From the IMG/VR virus record IMGVR_UViG_3300028392_002123: a stretch of 64,000 bases of DNA. One strand, written 5' to 3'. Below the pieces are notes generated by a model. The model was not told the DNA's origin. It searched no databases and saw only the letters and a program-made list of their open reading frames with translations. The position numbers were made by a program, and so were the translations under genes. Below, piece by piece: positions 26,169 to 36,291 of this stretch (position 1 is its first letter; each line of letters opens with the position of its first letter). The stretch comes from a virus (Duplodnaviria > Caudoviricetes).

Positions 26169-29134
26169 TGCCTAATGGCGTTAAAACATATATTGTTGCG
26201 CTTAACAAAGGCGTTGACTATAACACATTTTGGAATCAGATCGAGTCTGCTACTGCTGGCATTGCTAACATTCCGGATCGTCCAGTTGCAGTTACCAACG
26301 AGCGTACAGCGTTTGAGCGCATTTGTGAATATGCGTTAACTGATGCCGAAGCAGAACAATTAAAGAATGATCCTAGAGTTGCCGCAGTCGAGCAACCAGT
26401 AAGCGAACTACCTTATGTTAAGATTGTTTATAACTCTACTGTAGAAAATAAAAATTTTAACAAAACTACTTCTAGCACAGGTGCAGAAGTTAACTGGGGA
26501 TTAGTTCGTCATAGTAACACTTCCAATGTGTACGGAACCGGCACAACTACATCTTCAAAATATACATATGATTTAAATGGCACAGGAGTTGATGTTGTTA
26601 TTAACGACACAGGTCTCCAGGCAGACCATCCAGAATTTGCTGGCAGAGTTGAATTAGTTAACTGGAATAGTTATTATAGTGGATATACTGATAGCCAAGT
26701 TGATACAGAAGGGCATGGCACACATGTGGCTGGTATTGTTGCCGGAATTACATACGGCTGGGCCAAAGGAGCAAAAGTTATTCCCTTAGCGACAGGCGAT
26801 AACAGTGGCACAAGCTCAGCTGAACCACTTGATTTCTTTGAAGCACTAATTAATTGGCATAATGCAAAAACAAACAACCGACCGACTGTAACAAATATGA
26901 GTTGGGAATTGAGAGTAAACTGGCCAAATAATGTAGAATATAGAAATTATATCACAGGCGGTAATCACGCATCAGGCCCGATATTGGGAGGACAAAGTGT
27001 AGAATATTATAAATCTAAAGGACTAATAGACTTACAACAGGGTTTGCCAATTCAGTCAACTTCTGATCTAGGCTGGCCTTACTTTAGCGAGGCATATAAT
27101 AGTGCATTAGGTGCAGTAATTGATTCCGGGATTATTGTAGTCCAAGCCGCCGGTAATAATAGTTTTAAAATGGACAAGCCTGTAAATGCAGGAGGCACTG
27201 GAGACTACGACAATTATGTTAACATTTCGGCGACAATACTAGGACAAACATACACATATAATAATATCTACTACCATAGAGGATCAAGTCCTAAGGACCC
27301 AAGATCTATTATTGTTGGATCTTTAGGCGCCTCCGGCCGATATGATACCAGCGTTCCTGCAAATACCGGCGGGGATAGACAAGCAGACTATTCAACTAAA
27401 GGTCCTAGGGTAGATATATATGCCGCCGGCACTTATATTATGAGTTCATGGATGACTGCTAGCGGATCTGCGTACCAACACGGAAATTCATCATACAAAC
27501 AGAAACTTGAATCAGGCACATCAATGGCCGCACCACAAGTGGCAGGTATGATTGCCCTAAGGTTACAGCAAAGTCCACTGGCAAATATTAAGGCATCAAC
27601 AAACTGTGAGAGTATTAAGTCTTGGTTAGTTGGAAATGCACTGACTAATCAAATTTATTCTCCGACAACATCAACTACAGATTATACAAACAGAGTTGCG
27701 TTATTAGGTGGCCCAAATCGTATTGCTTACATTAATCCTGTAACAGCAACTCCGCCGCCTGCAACATATACGCTAACTGTTAACAAAGCCGGATTGGGTA
27801 ATGGTACTGTGACTAGTACGCCGACAGGTATTAACGGTTTGGGTACAGCAACATTTACATCTGGTACAGTTGTCACGTTAACGGCTCTAGCATCTCAAGG
27901 TAGCACATTTGCAAATTGGACAGGAGATGCCACCGGTACCGGCGCTGTACAAATAACAATGAATTCTGATAAAACAGTAACATCGCATTTTAATCTAGTA
28001 GCAGGCGCATTAATAAGAACAGAATGTCGCGGATATGATAAATGGAACGTATATGCTGATGGACAAGGCGGATCTTATAGCACGTTAATAGAAACAAATA
28101 GTGTTCAATGTGGCTATGTTCCAACACCACCAACAAGTCCGCCACTGACTCCGTCGGTTGCAGGACAAAAAATTACAGCCGCTGACTGGAATGAATTAAC
28201 AACACGCCTTAATAAAATTTTTGCAGATACAGCAACTGGTAGCCAGCCTGCCTTTGATGCTCAACAAAAGAATTTACAGTCCTATGGGTGGGGTAACAGT
28301 CCTAGTAGTCCGGTTGCCAAAGGTGATAAATTTTCCGCAGTAGTTGCTAATAAAGTAATTGACAAAGTAAAACTAAGCGCACAGCAAGTAGGCAGTTCTT
28401 ATTCACTGAACAATGTCCAACCCGGTCAGAAAATTACAGCCCTGGCAATTAACCAAATTAAAACAGTATTAGATGACGTCGATCCCAAGCGAAATACTGC
28501 CGCTGTTAATCAATTATCATTGGCCCTATTAGGCGATGTCATGATGCAAAATCCATGGACCAGGAATATAACATTCTTGTCCTCATTGAATTTTATTACT
28601 TATGATAGAGCAAGATATTATTTCAACTCGGGCAGTAGCATAAAACTTACAATGAGTGTTCATGGCGCGAATGCTGCCGGAAATGCAATGAATTCTTTAT
28701 ACGAAAAAATGGGCACAGTTAACATAGGTCTGCGTAATACCACAAGTTCAACTGCAAACATAATCAGCGAAGGCAAAGGATTCCAGGATCTAAATGCCAA
28801 TGATTGGACAAAGCTAATTAAAATTGGATCTAATGGCGGTTATGGTTATGGTTATGGTTATGGTTACGGGTACGGAGGTGGTGGTGGCGGTTATGGTTAT
28901 GGATACGGTTATGGTTATGGTTATGGATACGGCGGATCACACGGATCTATTACTGTATACGGCAAGATACAAAGCGGCCAAGTCTTGCTAAAAGTTGTTG
29001 TACACGCTGTAACTACTTCGGAAAAAACCGGAAATCATAAATTGAGTCACAGCTTACAAAAAGCCATAGACAAGTCTTCAAACAACCAAAATTTCCATAT
29101 TAATGTACCATTATTCAGTGGTAGTGTTTCTTAA
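26168..29134 (+). CDS. Subtilisin-like S8 serine protease fused to an InlB-B-repeat-like domain and a C-terminal virion-type domain with a (GY)n tract
   Basis: Catalytic motifs VVINDTG (Asp), GHGTHVAG (His), AAGN (oxyanion Asn) and GTSMAAPQVAG (Ser); YTLTVNKAG...VTLTA...FANWTGD repeat-type domain. ATG overlaps the upstream TGA (TGATG). Confidence 0.85.
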   Translation: MPNGVKTYIVALNKGVDYNTFWNQIESATAGIANIPDRPVAVTNERTAFERICEYALTDAEAEQLKNDPRVAAVEQPVSELPYVKIVYNSTVENKNFNKTTSSTGAEVNWGLVRHSNTSNVYGTGTTTSSKYTYDLNGTGVDVVINDTGLQADHPEFAGRVELVNWNSYYSGYTDSQVDTEGHGTHVAGIVAGITYGWAKGAKVIPLATGDNSGTSSAEPLDFFEALINWHNAKTNNRPTVTNMSWELRVNWPNNVEYRNYITGGNHASGPILGGQSVEYYKSKGLIDLQQGLPIQSTSDLGWPYFSEAYNSALGAVIDSGIIVVQAAGNNSFKMDKPVNAGGTGDYDNYVNISATILGQTYTYNNIYYHRGSSPKDPRSIIVGSLGASGRYDTSVPANTGGDRQADYSTKGPRVDIYAAGTYIMSSWMTASGSAYQHGNSSYKQKLESGTSMAAPQVAGMIALRLQQSPLANIKASTNCESIKSWLVGNALTNQIYSPTTSTTDYTNRVALLGGPNRIAYINPVTATPPPATYTLTVNKAGLGNGTVTSTPTGINGLGTATFTSGTVVTLTALASQGSTFANWTGDATGTGAVQITMNSDKTVTSHFNLVAGALIRTECRGYDKWNVYADGQGGSYSTLIETNSVQCGYVPTPPTSPPLTPSVAGQKITAADWNELTTRLNKIFADTATGSQPAFDAQQKNLQSYGWGNSPSSPVAKGDKFSAVVANKVIDKVKLSAQQVGSSYSLNNVQPGQKITALAINQIKTVLDDVDPKRNTAAVNQLSLALLGDVMMQNPWTRNITFLSSLNFITYDRARYYFNSGSSIKLTMSVHGANAAGNAMNSLYEKMGTVNIGLRNTTSSTANIISEGKGFQDLNANDWTKLIKIGSNGGYGYGYGYGYGYGGGGGGYGYGYGYGYGYGYGGSHGSITVYGKIQSGQVLLKVVVHAVTTSEKTGNHKLSHSLQKAIDKSSNNQNFHINVPLFSGSVS
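28835..28936 (+). repeat. GGTTAY/GGATAC hexamer tandem repeat encoding GGYGYGYGYGYGYGGGGGGYGYGYGYGYGYGYGG
   Basis: Two arrays of about six GY units separated by a poly-Gly linker, with synonymous variation between units. Confidence 0.95.
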
Positions 29135-29150
29135 TTTAATTCCACGCAAC

Positions 29151-29156
29151 TAAATA
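29151..29156 (+). promoter_or_regulatory. TAAATA late-promoter-like motif at the head of the modification cluster
   Basis: In the 52-nt gap, followed by a GGAG RBS and ATG 29187. Confidence 0.5.
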
Positions 29157-29186
29157 TTAACATGGTATATAATACCTGGAGATATT

Positions 29187-29537
29187 ATGGATAAAAAATT
29201 GGAAGAAGCACTGGATTTTAGTAACTTTAGATTTACACTTAACACCCGCAAACAAAATCTAAAACTGCGTATGAAAAGTATGCTGACTGTGGGCTATAAC
29301 AACACTATCTTTACAGCGACCATTGAATTAATAAATTTTTCAAAACTGGTACTGGACTCGGGTAATAAAGAATATGTGTTCATCGACGACAACGACAACC
29401 CTGTGATGATCAATGACATCGGCGATTTTCACGCTAGATTGTTGGGAGCATACACTACAGCAGCCAACGAATTTTACGTGGAAAACGAAAAATTAAAAAA
29501 ACTTAGATCTACAAGACAACTAGCAGGAATTAAATGA
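29187..29537 (+). CDS. Conserved hypothetical, possibly a tail-assembly chaperone-like protein
   Basis: LEEALDFSNFRFTL...LTVGYNNTIFTATIELINF...FIDDNDNPVMI; GGAG RBS; position just after the tail genes. Confidence 0.5.
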   Translation: MDKKLEEALDFSNFRFTLNTRKQNLKLRMKSMLTVGYNNTIFTATIELINFSKLVLDSGNKEYVFIDDNDNPVMINDIGDFHARLLGAYTTAANEFYVENEKLKKLRSTRQLAGIK

Positions 29538-30436
29538 TAAAGAAAAAGTTTCCTCGAGGCATTTTGCTGATAGCGTATAACAACAATCAAATTGACTATG
29601 CTAAATTGGCCTTGCTTGCTGCCAAGCAGGCTAAAATGTTTATGAACAACATTCATATCACATTGATGACAGATGAATCTACTCTGGGAAAATTATTGGA
29701 CAATAACAAAGCCGAACATGTCAAAGTATTCGATCATATTATTGTAGAAAAAATTGAACACGAAGCTAACACTCGTGTACATCACGACAGTCCGTGGTAC
29801 GAATTTAGCACACAGTTTAGTAATAAAAACAAGCATACTATCTACGATAATACACCCTATGAACAAACTCTGATGATTGACGTAGACTTTATGATATGTA
29901 ATAATTCTTTTGAACACATATTCAACAGCGACTGTGAACTGGCCATGTACAAGGATGCTATCAGCACAAGAAACTATAAGCCACGTATTTGGGAACAAAA
30001 GTTACATCCTAACGGCATTGACATGTGGTGGAGTACTGCTGTATACTGGCGCAGTGACAGTGAAGAAGCAAGATTATTCTTTAATGTGTGGCAACATGTC
30101 AAAGAAAACTATGACTACTATAAATTCTTATACAAGTTTCCTGGTAAATTGTATAGAACAGACTATGCGGCCAGCATTGCTGTACACTTGATCAACGGGC
30201 AATATAAGAATTCATGGACTGGTCAGTTACCCGGTAAAGTAATGCGTTACAGTGATCAAATTGACGAGCTCTGCCATGTACACAGCAACAGTGATTTTTT
30301 ATTTTTGTGTCCTGATCCTAAAGAACCGTGGCGAGTGACTACATCAAGAATTACAGATGAAAATGTTCATATTATGAATAAACTATCACTGCTACGTCAC
30401 TGGGATCAATTAATGGAATCGGAATCCGCCGAATGA
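29534..30436 (+). CDS. GT-A fold glycosyltransferase-like protein (GT8-like)
   Basis: RGILLIAYNN..IDYAKLA...IYDNTPYEQTLMIDVDFMI with a DxD motif. Confidence 0.65.
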   Translation: MIKKKFPRGILLIAYNNNQIDYAKLALLAAKQAKMFMNNIHITLMTDESTLGKLLDNNKAEHVKVFDHIIVEKIEHEANTRVHHDSPWYEFSTQFSNKNKHTIYDNTPYEQTLMIDVDFMICNNSFEHIFNSDCELAMYKDAISTRNYKPRIWEQKLHPNGIDMWWSTAVYWRSDSEEARLFFNVWQHVKENYDYYKFLYKFPGKLYRTDYAASIAVHLINGQYKNSWTGQLPGKVMRYSDQIDELCHVHSNSDFLFLCPDPKEPWRVTTSRITDENVHIMNKLSLLRHWDQLMESESAE

Positions 30437-31281
30437 AAGAAATTTATATCATACATTGTGAACAATCAGACGATGTACTATCTTCTGAATTACTGGCAGA
30501 ATCTATTCGCAGATTCGATGACAGTCGTGACATCATAATAACTACACCAGTGCCAGCTGTGGAATTTAGTAAAGGCACTAACTTACATTTATATGAAGCT
30601 ACTCCAAATCCCACATTAAATTATTTTAAATCTGCGGTTGATGTTAACTGCGACCGCGCAATATTTTTTAAATCAGATCAAATTTTAACACATTTTAGCA
30701 CCGAGTGTTGGGAAACGCTTAGAAATTTATCTAGTATAGTAACATTAAAAACTAAATTATCTTTTGCAGGCGAAGAGATTAATCCCAAGGTATATTATTT
30801 AGACAGCGTAAATATAGCCAATTTGGGATCTACAAAAAATTTAAATGCAGTCTATTTTGATTTTAGTAAAAATGCAAGACAGCTTCTGGGATTCTGTATT
30901 GATTTTAGCAGTAACTATGATTATAATTCTATACAACAATTTACTCATGCACTTAGAGAAAAGAATGCCACTGTGGCTTTGCCTGCATTTCCAGAATTTA
31001 CTTGGCCTAGTTGGGTTTTTACCTATGTAAGTTTATTATTCGAAGAAGAATTTATAGAGTTTGACTTCTTAGACAACATCGACTTGTCCAAACAGGATTA
31101 TAACATTGAAGATCATATATGGTCAACTCGTAGCTGGCATCAGTTTTTAAGTTACTGGGTAACGGACATTGGCCAATTAAAAATAGAAAATTTCATTCAA
31201 AGTGGCTTGGTTAAATATCAAAATACCAATTGGCTAAACGACATTATATTAGCTAGATTAAAACAAGCCTATGATCAATGA
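30433..31281 (+). CDS. Degenerate glycosyltransferase-like protein
   Basis: LLAESIRRFDDSRDIIIT...RAIFFKSDQIL resembles the upstream GT-like layout but lacks an intact DxD; W-rich C-terminus. Confidence 0.35.
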   Translation: MKEIYIIHCEQSDDVLSSELLAESIRRFDDSRDIIITTPVPAVEFSKGTNLHLYEATPNPTLNYFKSAVDVNCDRAIFFKSDQILTHFSTECWETLRNLSSIVTLKTKLSFAGEEINPKVYYLDSVNIANLGSTKNLNAVYFDFSKNARQLLGFCIDFSSNYDYNSIQQFTHALREKNATVALPAFPEFTWPSWVFTYVSLLFEEEFIEFDFLDNIDLSKQDYNIEDHIWSTRSWHQFLSYWVTDIGQLKIENFIQSGLVKYQNTNWLNDIILARLKQAYDQ

Positions 31282-32275
31282 TGACAACGACTTTGAATTA
31301 ATTACCGAAGATGCAATAGAGAACGCACAAGAAGCGGACTTGTTAGTTCGCGTCGCAGTTACACCTCCTGGTTATTATATTCTGTTTAACAAGGCCACAG
31401 GTAGTATCACAGCTATAAATCCAGTATCGAATACAAACCCTCCCCCAGGTACAGCAGAGCTACATGTTGAACACAGCAACGACCTAGACTCGATATTTTC
31501 TAATAAGTTCAACATTGAAAAGTTAAAAGTAAAATACGATTTACAAAAGAAAATTTACATATTGACAGCAGTAAAGGATTTTTCCGATTTATTTGTCAAG
31601 GAGTTTGTTGTACTGGATATCAAAGATTCCGCAGAATTTTTCATTGATATAAAATTTAATATTGTCAGCAAGGTAGTATATTTTAAACCAAATTTTAAAA
31701 ACTTGAATTTGTATCTTAGCACTAATACTCCTGAGTATGTTTTGGAATTGACCAACAGTAAGATTACATTCTACGTGTTTGACCAAACTAATCCTACGAT
31801 GTTATACGATAGATATGATGTTAACATAGTCGATCTTATTAAAAATGAACATGCGGCATTTAAAGCAGATTGGTTGGATCTAATGAGAACAACTAAATTT
31901 CAAATTTTAACTTCGAATGTGGGATTGGAATACAACATTGTCATTGATCAGCAATATGTCAGGGATCATTTGGACTATGAAATTACTCAACCCACTGTTC
32001 ACCCAGAGTCTCCCACACTACGACTAATTATAACTGATGATTTTTTAGAACTGCAAAGTCTAATAGAAAATCCAGAAAATTTTAAAATTGAAGAAACATT
32101 AAACCTGTATCTACATAAACAAGGCGAACCCGACTTCTTACTGCGAAAGTATGTTATAAATAGAAACGACTTGGTCAATCAAAACAGACTAATATTGGAC
32201 GGCAACGATCTAATAGGAAAAGTTTCTGCGGTGTGCGATTCAAGACATATTAATGTAGAAACTATATATGAGTAA
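31271..32275 (+). CDS. Hypothetical protein
   Basis: 334-aa ORF overlapping both neighbours; no motif recognised. Confidence 0.6.
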   Translation: MINDDNDFELITEDAIENAQEADLLVRVAVTPPGYYILFNKATGSITAINPVSNTNPPPGTAELHVEHSNDLDSIFSNKFNIEKLKVKYDLQKKIYILTAVKDFSDLFVKEFVVLDIKDSAEFFIDIKFNIVSKVVYFKPNFKNLNLYLSTNTPEYVLELTNSKITFYVFDQTNPTMLYDRYDVNIVDLIKNEHAAFKADWLDLMRTTKFQILTSNVGLEYNIVIDQQYVRDHLDYEITQPTVHPESPTLRLIITDDFLELQSLIENPENFKIEETLNLYLHKQGEPDFLLRKYVINRNDLVNQNRLILDGNDLIGKVSAVCDSRHINVETIYE

Positions 32276-33251
32276 ACCAATCCCTATAAACGAATATGAC
32301 ATTGTGTTCATGAGCTATGATGAACCAAATGCAGATTATAATTATTCCAATTTACTGGAAAAAGCTCCATGGGCCAAACGAGTACACGGAGTCTTGGGAT
32401 TCGATGCTTGTCACAAAGCCGCTGCCAGGGCCGCTGAAACAGATAGATTTATCACTGTTGATGCTGACAATATTGTACGCGAAGAATTTTTTAATCTAGA
32501 ACTAGACATGAGTAAAGTGGGCCAGCATGATGTTATCAGCTGGGCAGGAAAAAACTATATCAACGGATTGACCTATGGCAACGGTGGCATTAAGTTTTGG
32601 CCCAAGCATGTAGTTGAATCCATGAAAACACACGAAGTAGCGGAAAATGCAAAAAGCCAGACAGATTTTTGTTGGGACATTTATTATCGTCAAATGAATA
32701 ACATATACAGTGATGTATATGCAAATGGCAGCGCATATCAAGCTTATCGCGGAGGTTTTCGCGAAGGTGTCAAGCTGGGCTTAGAAAGCGGCACAGTTGT
32801 TGATGCTAGACAATTAAAAAATAAAGTCTATGATAGAAATTATAAACGCTTATTGGTATGGGCCACAGTGGGCGCCGACGTGGAAAACGGTCTGTGGAGC
32901 ATGTACGGCACACGATTAGGAATATATCTAACAAACATTAAACGCAGTGAATGGGATTTTACTGCTGTGCGAGATTTTACATGGCATACTAATTATTGGA
33001 ACGAAGAAATTAAATCAAAATTCACAGATGACAACGGAGATGGAATGTGCAATGCCACAGGATGGAAATACAGCACCACCAAGCTGTGGACAGAAATAGT
33101 AAAACTGGGAGACCAGTTAAGAACAGAACTGGGCTTAGAAATCGGAGAGTTGGATCATAATGGCAGTAAGTTTTTTAAAGAAAGCTTTATTAATCCACCT
33201 AGACTAGGCGCATTGGTTCGCGAAGACCAAGTAGATAATACAATAGAATAA
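32268..33251 (+). CDS. Glycosyltransferase-like protein, family A (DEPNAD/DAD), copy 1
   Basis: VFMSYDEPNAD, AKRVHGV.GFD.CHKAAA, FITVDAD, NYINGLTYGNGGIKFW, YRGGFREGVKL. Confidence 0.6.
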   Translation: MSKPIPINEYDIVFMSYDEPNADYNYSNLLEKAPWAKRVHGVLGFDACHKAAARAAETDRFITVDADNIVREEFFNLELDMSKVGQHDVISWAGKNYINGLTYGNGGIKFWPKHVVESMKTHEVAENAKSQTDFCWDIYYRQMNNIYSDVYANGSAYQAYRGGFREGVKLGLESGTVVDARQLKNKVYDRNYKRLLVWATVGADVENGLWSMYGTRLGIYLTNIKRSEWDFTAVRDFTWHTNYWNEEIKSKFTDDNGDGMCNATGWKYSTTKLWTEIVKLGDQLRTELGLEIGELDHNGSKFFKESFINPPRLGALVREDQVDNTIE

Positions 33252-33254
33252 TAT

Positions 33255-34649
33255 ATGAGCTTTCATGAATTCAGGGACGAGCTCAATGCCGTCAGCAGTA
33301 GTTTTTGTATTGCCAAATGGAAACAGGTAACTCTGCATCTCCAAACAGGTCATACACACAGTTGTCACCATCCTACCACACACAAAGTCCCGTTAACAGA
33401 AGTCTTGGTCAATCCCAGTGCTTTGCATAATACAAAATATAAAAAACTACAGCGTAAAAAAATGCTCACAGGATCTCGTCCCAGCGAATGTGACTATTGT
33501 TGGCGTGTGGAAGACAGTGGTGCCGATGTACTCAGTGACCGTGTCTATAAAAGTTCAGATGTATGGGCAAAGAAATATTTAAAAGAATGTACAGATAATC
33601 CCTGGGACTTTGATTTTGCACCCAGCTATTTAGAAGTTAGTTTTAGTAGCGTGTGTAATTTTAAATGTAGCTATTGCAGTCCCGAAGTCAGCAGTAAATG
33701 GATGGAAGAAAGCGAACGTTTTGGTCCTTATCCCACTAGCAGAAAATTCGGCGACATAAGCTGGTTAAAGGATGCGGGAAAATTTCCTATTCCCCACAGC
33801 GAATATAATCCCTATGTGGATGCCTTTTGGGCGTGGTGGCCCGACATCTATCACAGTCTAGAACATTTTAGAGTCACAGGTGGTGAACCTTTGTTGGCCA
33901 AGGACACATTTAAAGTCTTGGATTATATCATTGAAAATCCGAATCCAGAATTAGATCTCAGTATAAACAGCAATATGTGTGTACCTGACGCAGTACTGGA
34001 CAAGTTCATTTCTAAAATTAAAATTATCTGCGGTGAAAAGAAAATCAAAAAATTTAAAATCTTTACCAGCTGTGACGGCCATGGCCGGGCCGCTGAATAT
34101 ATCAGAGACGGCTTGGACTATGAACAATGGAAACGTAATATTCAAAAAGTATTGGATCAAGTACCTGAATGTACATTCACCATAATGAGCACATACAATG
34201 CATTGAGTATCAGTACATACTTAGACTTTTTAAAAGACGTAGTTGAAATCAAACGCAAGTACGGCGGTGCAGATGGTAGGAACAGTCCTTTCATTCTAGA
34301 TACACCTTACCTAAGACATCCCGAGCATCAAGCAATTTTTATACTGCCTAATCGTTGGGCTGACAAGATCAAAGAACAAGTGGACTATGTATTTGAAAAT
34401 ATAGAAAATCCCACGGATCCCAATAGAACTAATCAGGGTTTTTATCCCTGGGAAGCTGATAAATTCAAACGCATACATGAATTAATGCTGTCCAAAGAAG
34501 AAATGGAATTTAAAGTAACACAGGCACAAAAAGACTTTGTGGCATTTGTCGACGAACACGATCGTAGACGCGGCACTAACTTTTCCGAAACGTTTCCTGA
34601 GTATATGGATCTATATTACTTTTGGAAAAATAATCCTATAACAACATGA
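33255..34649 (+). CDS. Radical SAM protein with N-terminal auxiliary Cys cluster
   Basis: CNFKCSYC, VTGGEPLL, SINSN; N-terminal FCIAKW...SCHHP...CDYCW. Confidence 0.9.
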   Translation: MSFHEFRDELNAVSSSFCIAKWKQVTLHLQTGHTHSCHHPTTHKVPLTEVLVNPSALHNTKYKKLQRKKMLTGSRPSECDYCWRVEDSGADVLSDRVYKSSDVWAKKYLKECTDNPWDFDFAPSYLEVSFSSVCNFKCSYCSPEVSSKWMEESERFGPYPTSRKFGDISWLKDAGKFPIPHSEYNPYVDAFWAWWPDIYHSLEHFRVTGGEPLLAKDTFKVLDYIIENPNPELDLSINSNMCVPDAVLDKFISKIKIICGEKKIKKFKIFTSCDGHGRAAEYIRDGLDYEQWKRNIQKVLDQVPECTFTIMSTYNALSISTYLDFLKDVVEIKRKYGGADGRNSPFILDTPYLRHPEHQAIFILPNRWADKIKEQVDYVFENIENPTDPNRTNQGFYPWEADKFKRIHELMLSKEEMEFKVTQAQKDFVAFVDEHDRRRGTNFSETFPEYMDLYYFWKNNPITT

Positions 34650-35407
34650 ACCTGCAAGACAGAATAGCTATTTGCTTTTCTGGGCAAATAAGAACCGGAG
34701 TTGAAAACAGCATCAACTTATTGCCTTATATAGGAGATTTAAGAAATTCTGTTGATATCTTTATTCATACATGGGATATTGAAACAGAAAGTCCATGGTC
34801 GGAAAAAAATAAGGGAGATGTTGGCGTAGCTAATCTAAGACGATATGTTGACAAACAAGCATTTGAAAAATTAAATGGAATTTACACTCCATTGGAACTA
34901 AAAATAGATAATTTTGACATTTATCAACAATGTCATCTGCGTCGTGTAATTGCCCGTGGAGAAACCATCGTGGCGCAGATTCCCATGTTTCAAAGTATAT
35001 GGGAATCTAATCAACTAAAATTATCTCATGAAAAATTATCTAACAGCAAATATGGTTATGTGTTTCGTATGAGAATGGACGTTAATTTTGGTCCTGGTAG
35101 AACTCTATTAGAAGATCTACAATTTGTTTCAAATAAGAGAGATTTATTTTATGTTGTAGATTTTAGCAATAAATTGCCCGAAGCTATAGAAGATTTATGT
35201 TGGCTTAGTAGCAGTAAAATCATGGACCGGGCCTGCAATTTTATACTAGAAAGAGAAACCACACAGACAATGAATCACATTGATTGGCAACATCATATGA
35301 GCAGATATCTTGCAGAGGAAGGTATAAAAGTTCGCACCTTCAAAAATAATACAATATCAATTGTTAGAAATGATTTTATAGTTAAAAACGCTGACGAAGA
35401 AATTTAA
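34646..35407 (+). CDS. Glycosyltransferase-like protein, family B (SGQ.R...R.D), copy 1
   Basis: IAICFSGQIRT, DIFIHTWD, YGYVFRMRMD. Confidence 0.5.
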   Translation: MNLQDRIAICFSGQIRTGVENSINLLPYIGDLRNSVDIFIHTWDIETESPWSEKNKGDVGVANLRRYVDKQAFEKLNGIYTPLELKIDNFDIYQQCHLRRVIARGETIVAQIPMFQSIWESNQLKLSHEKLSNSKYGYVFRMRMDVNFGPGRTLLEDLQFVSNKRDLFYVVDFSNKLPEAIEDLCWLSSSKIMDRACNFILERETTQTMNHIDWQHHMSRYLAEEGIKVRTFKNNTISIVRNDFIVKNADEEI

Positions 35408-35410
35408 ATA
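35405..35410 (+). promoter_or_regulatory. TAAATA motif
   Basis: Overlaps the upstream stop, 5 nt before ATG 35416. Confidence 0.35.
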
Positions 35411-35415
35411 TTAAT

Positions 35416-36291
35416 ATGAAAATAGCATTTTGTTTTAGTGGACAGCCAAGAACATGGGATAAGTGTTACCCAACTTGGAAACGATTCGAAAAGAAACTTT
35501 GTAATCTAACCGGTGCAGATCAAGTTGATTATTTTTGTCACGCTTGGGATTTCAATACTCCTCCACATGCAGTACTGGCCGCTGATGACGGCCCAAGCAC
35601 AGATGTAGTCGATGATTATCTAACTGTAAAAGGTGTTAAACTATCATATACAGAAACACAGTCGTTTCTCAATACTATCAAGCCCGTTGGATATATATTC
35701 GAAGATGAAGAACACAGTAAAAGTCGTATCAAAGAAATAAGACTGCAAGCAGAAGCCCATGTCAACGAGCATGGAAAGAATACACTAGAATGGATTGCCA
35801 GTCAATTTTACGGTGTTATGTATGCGGCACAGCTTATGAAAAAACACGAAGTAGAAAATAATTTTAGCTATGACATGGTGTTTCGTATGCGCTATGATTT
35901 ATTCTTAGACGATCACCAGCTGGACTGGTTCTTTGATGATCGTAGTAACGATTTTCAAATACCTAAATTTAATCATTTTTATAGCTGTCATACTAGCAAA
36001 GAAAAAAATCAATTTCCATTTCATAGAATGGGAGACATATTTTGGTATGCCGATGGTATAACATTTAGTAGAATCTGTGATTTCTATAGATGGTTACCAG
36101 TACTGGGCAGTAAGTGTTTCAACAATGGCCGCGTGGGAACAGAACATGCTCTATACTTTTATGCTAAGATGTTGCGTATGCAAGTAGTGCCTATTAGTAT
36201 AGATCCAAAAATATATCGACAAAAAGATTATCTAGATAGAAAACGTCAAGCAGGCCTGGAAGAGAGTTTAGGTGGACATGAGCTTATTTGA
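35416..36291 (+). CDS. Glycosyltransferase-like protein, family B, copy 2
   Basis: IAFCFSGQPRT, DYFCHAWD, YDMVFRMRYD, MGDIFWY. Confidence 0.5.
   Translation: MKIAFCFSGQPRTWDKCYPTWKRFEKKLCNLTGADQVDYFCHAWDFNTPPHAVLAADDGPSTDVVDDYLTVKGVKLSYTETQSFLNTIKPVGYIFEDEEHSKSRIKEIRLQAEAHVNEHGKNTLEWIASQFYGVMYAAQLMKKHEVENNFSYDMVFRMRYDLFLDDHQLDWFFDDRSNDFQIPKFNHFYSCHTSKEKNQFPFHRMGDIFWYADGITFSRICDFYRWLPVLGSKCFNNGRVGTEHALYFYAKMLRMQVVPISIDPKIYRQKDYLDRKRQAGLEESLGGHELI

Noticed and set aside
28835-28936. GY tract as a phase-variation or slippage repeat
   Set aside because: The unit is 6 nt, so slippage keeps the frame, and the units are synonymously diverged; interpreted at the protein level instead.
1-29134. Bacterial T6SS/eCIS locus or eukaryotic giant virus instead of a phage
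   Set aside because: The gp25-gp6-giant wedge order, ATP-dependent ligase, phage-type small ORFs, Shine-Dalgarno sites, sigma70 promoter and T4-like late motif all fit a large myovirus.
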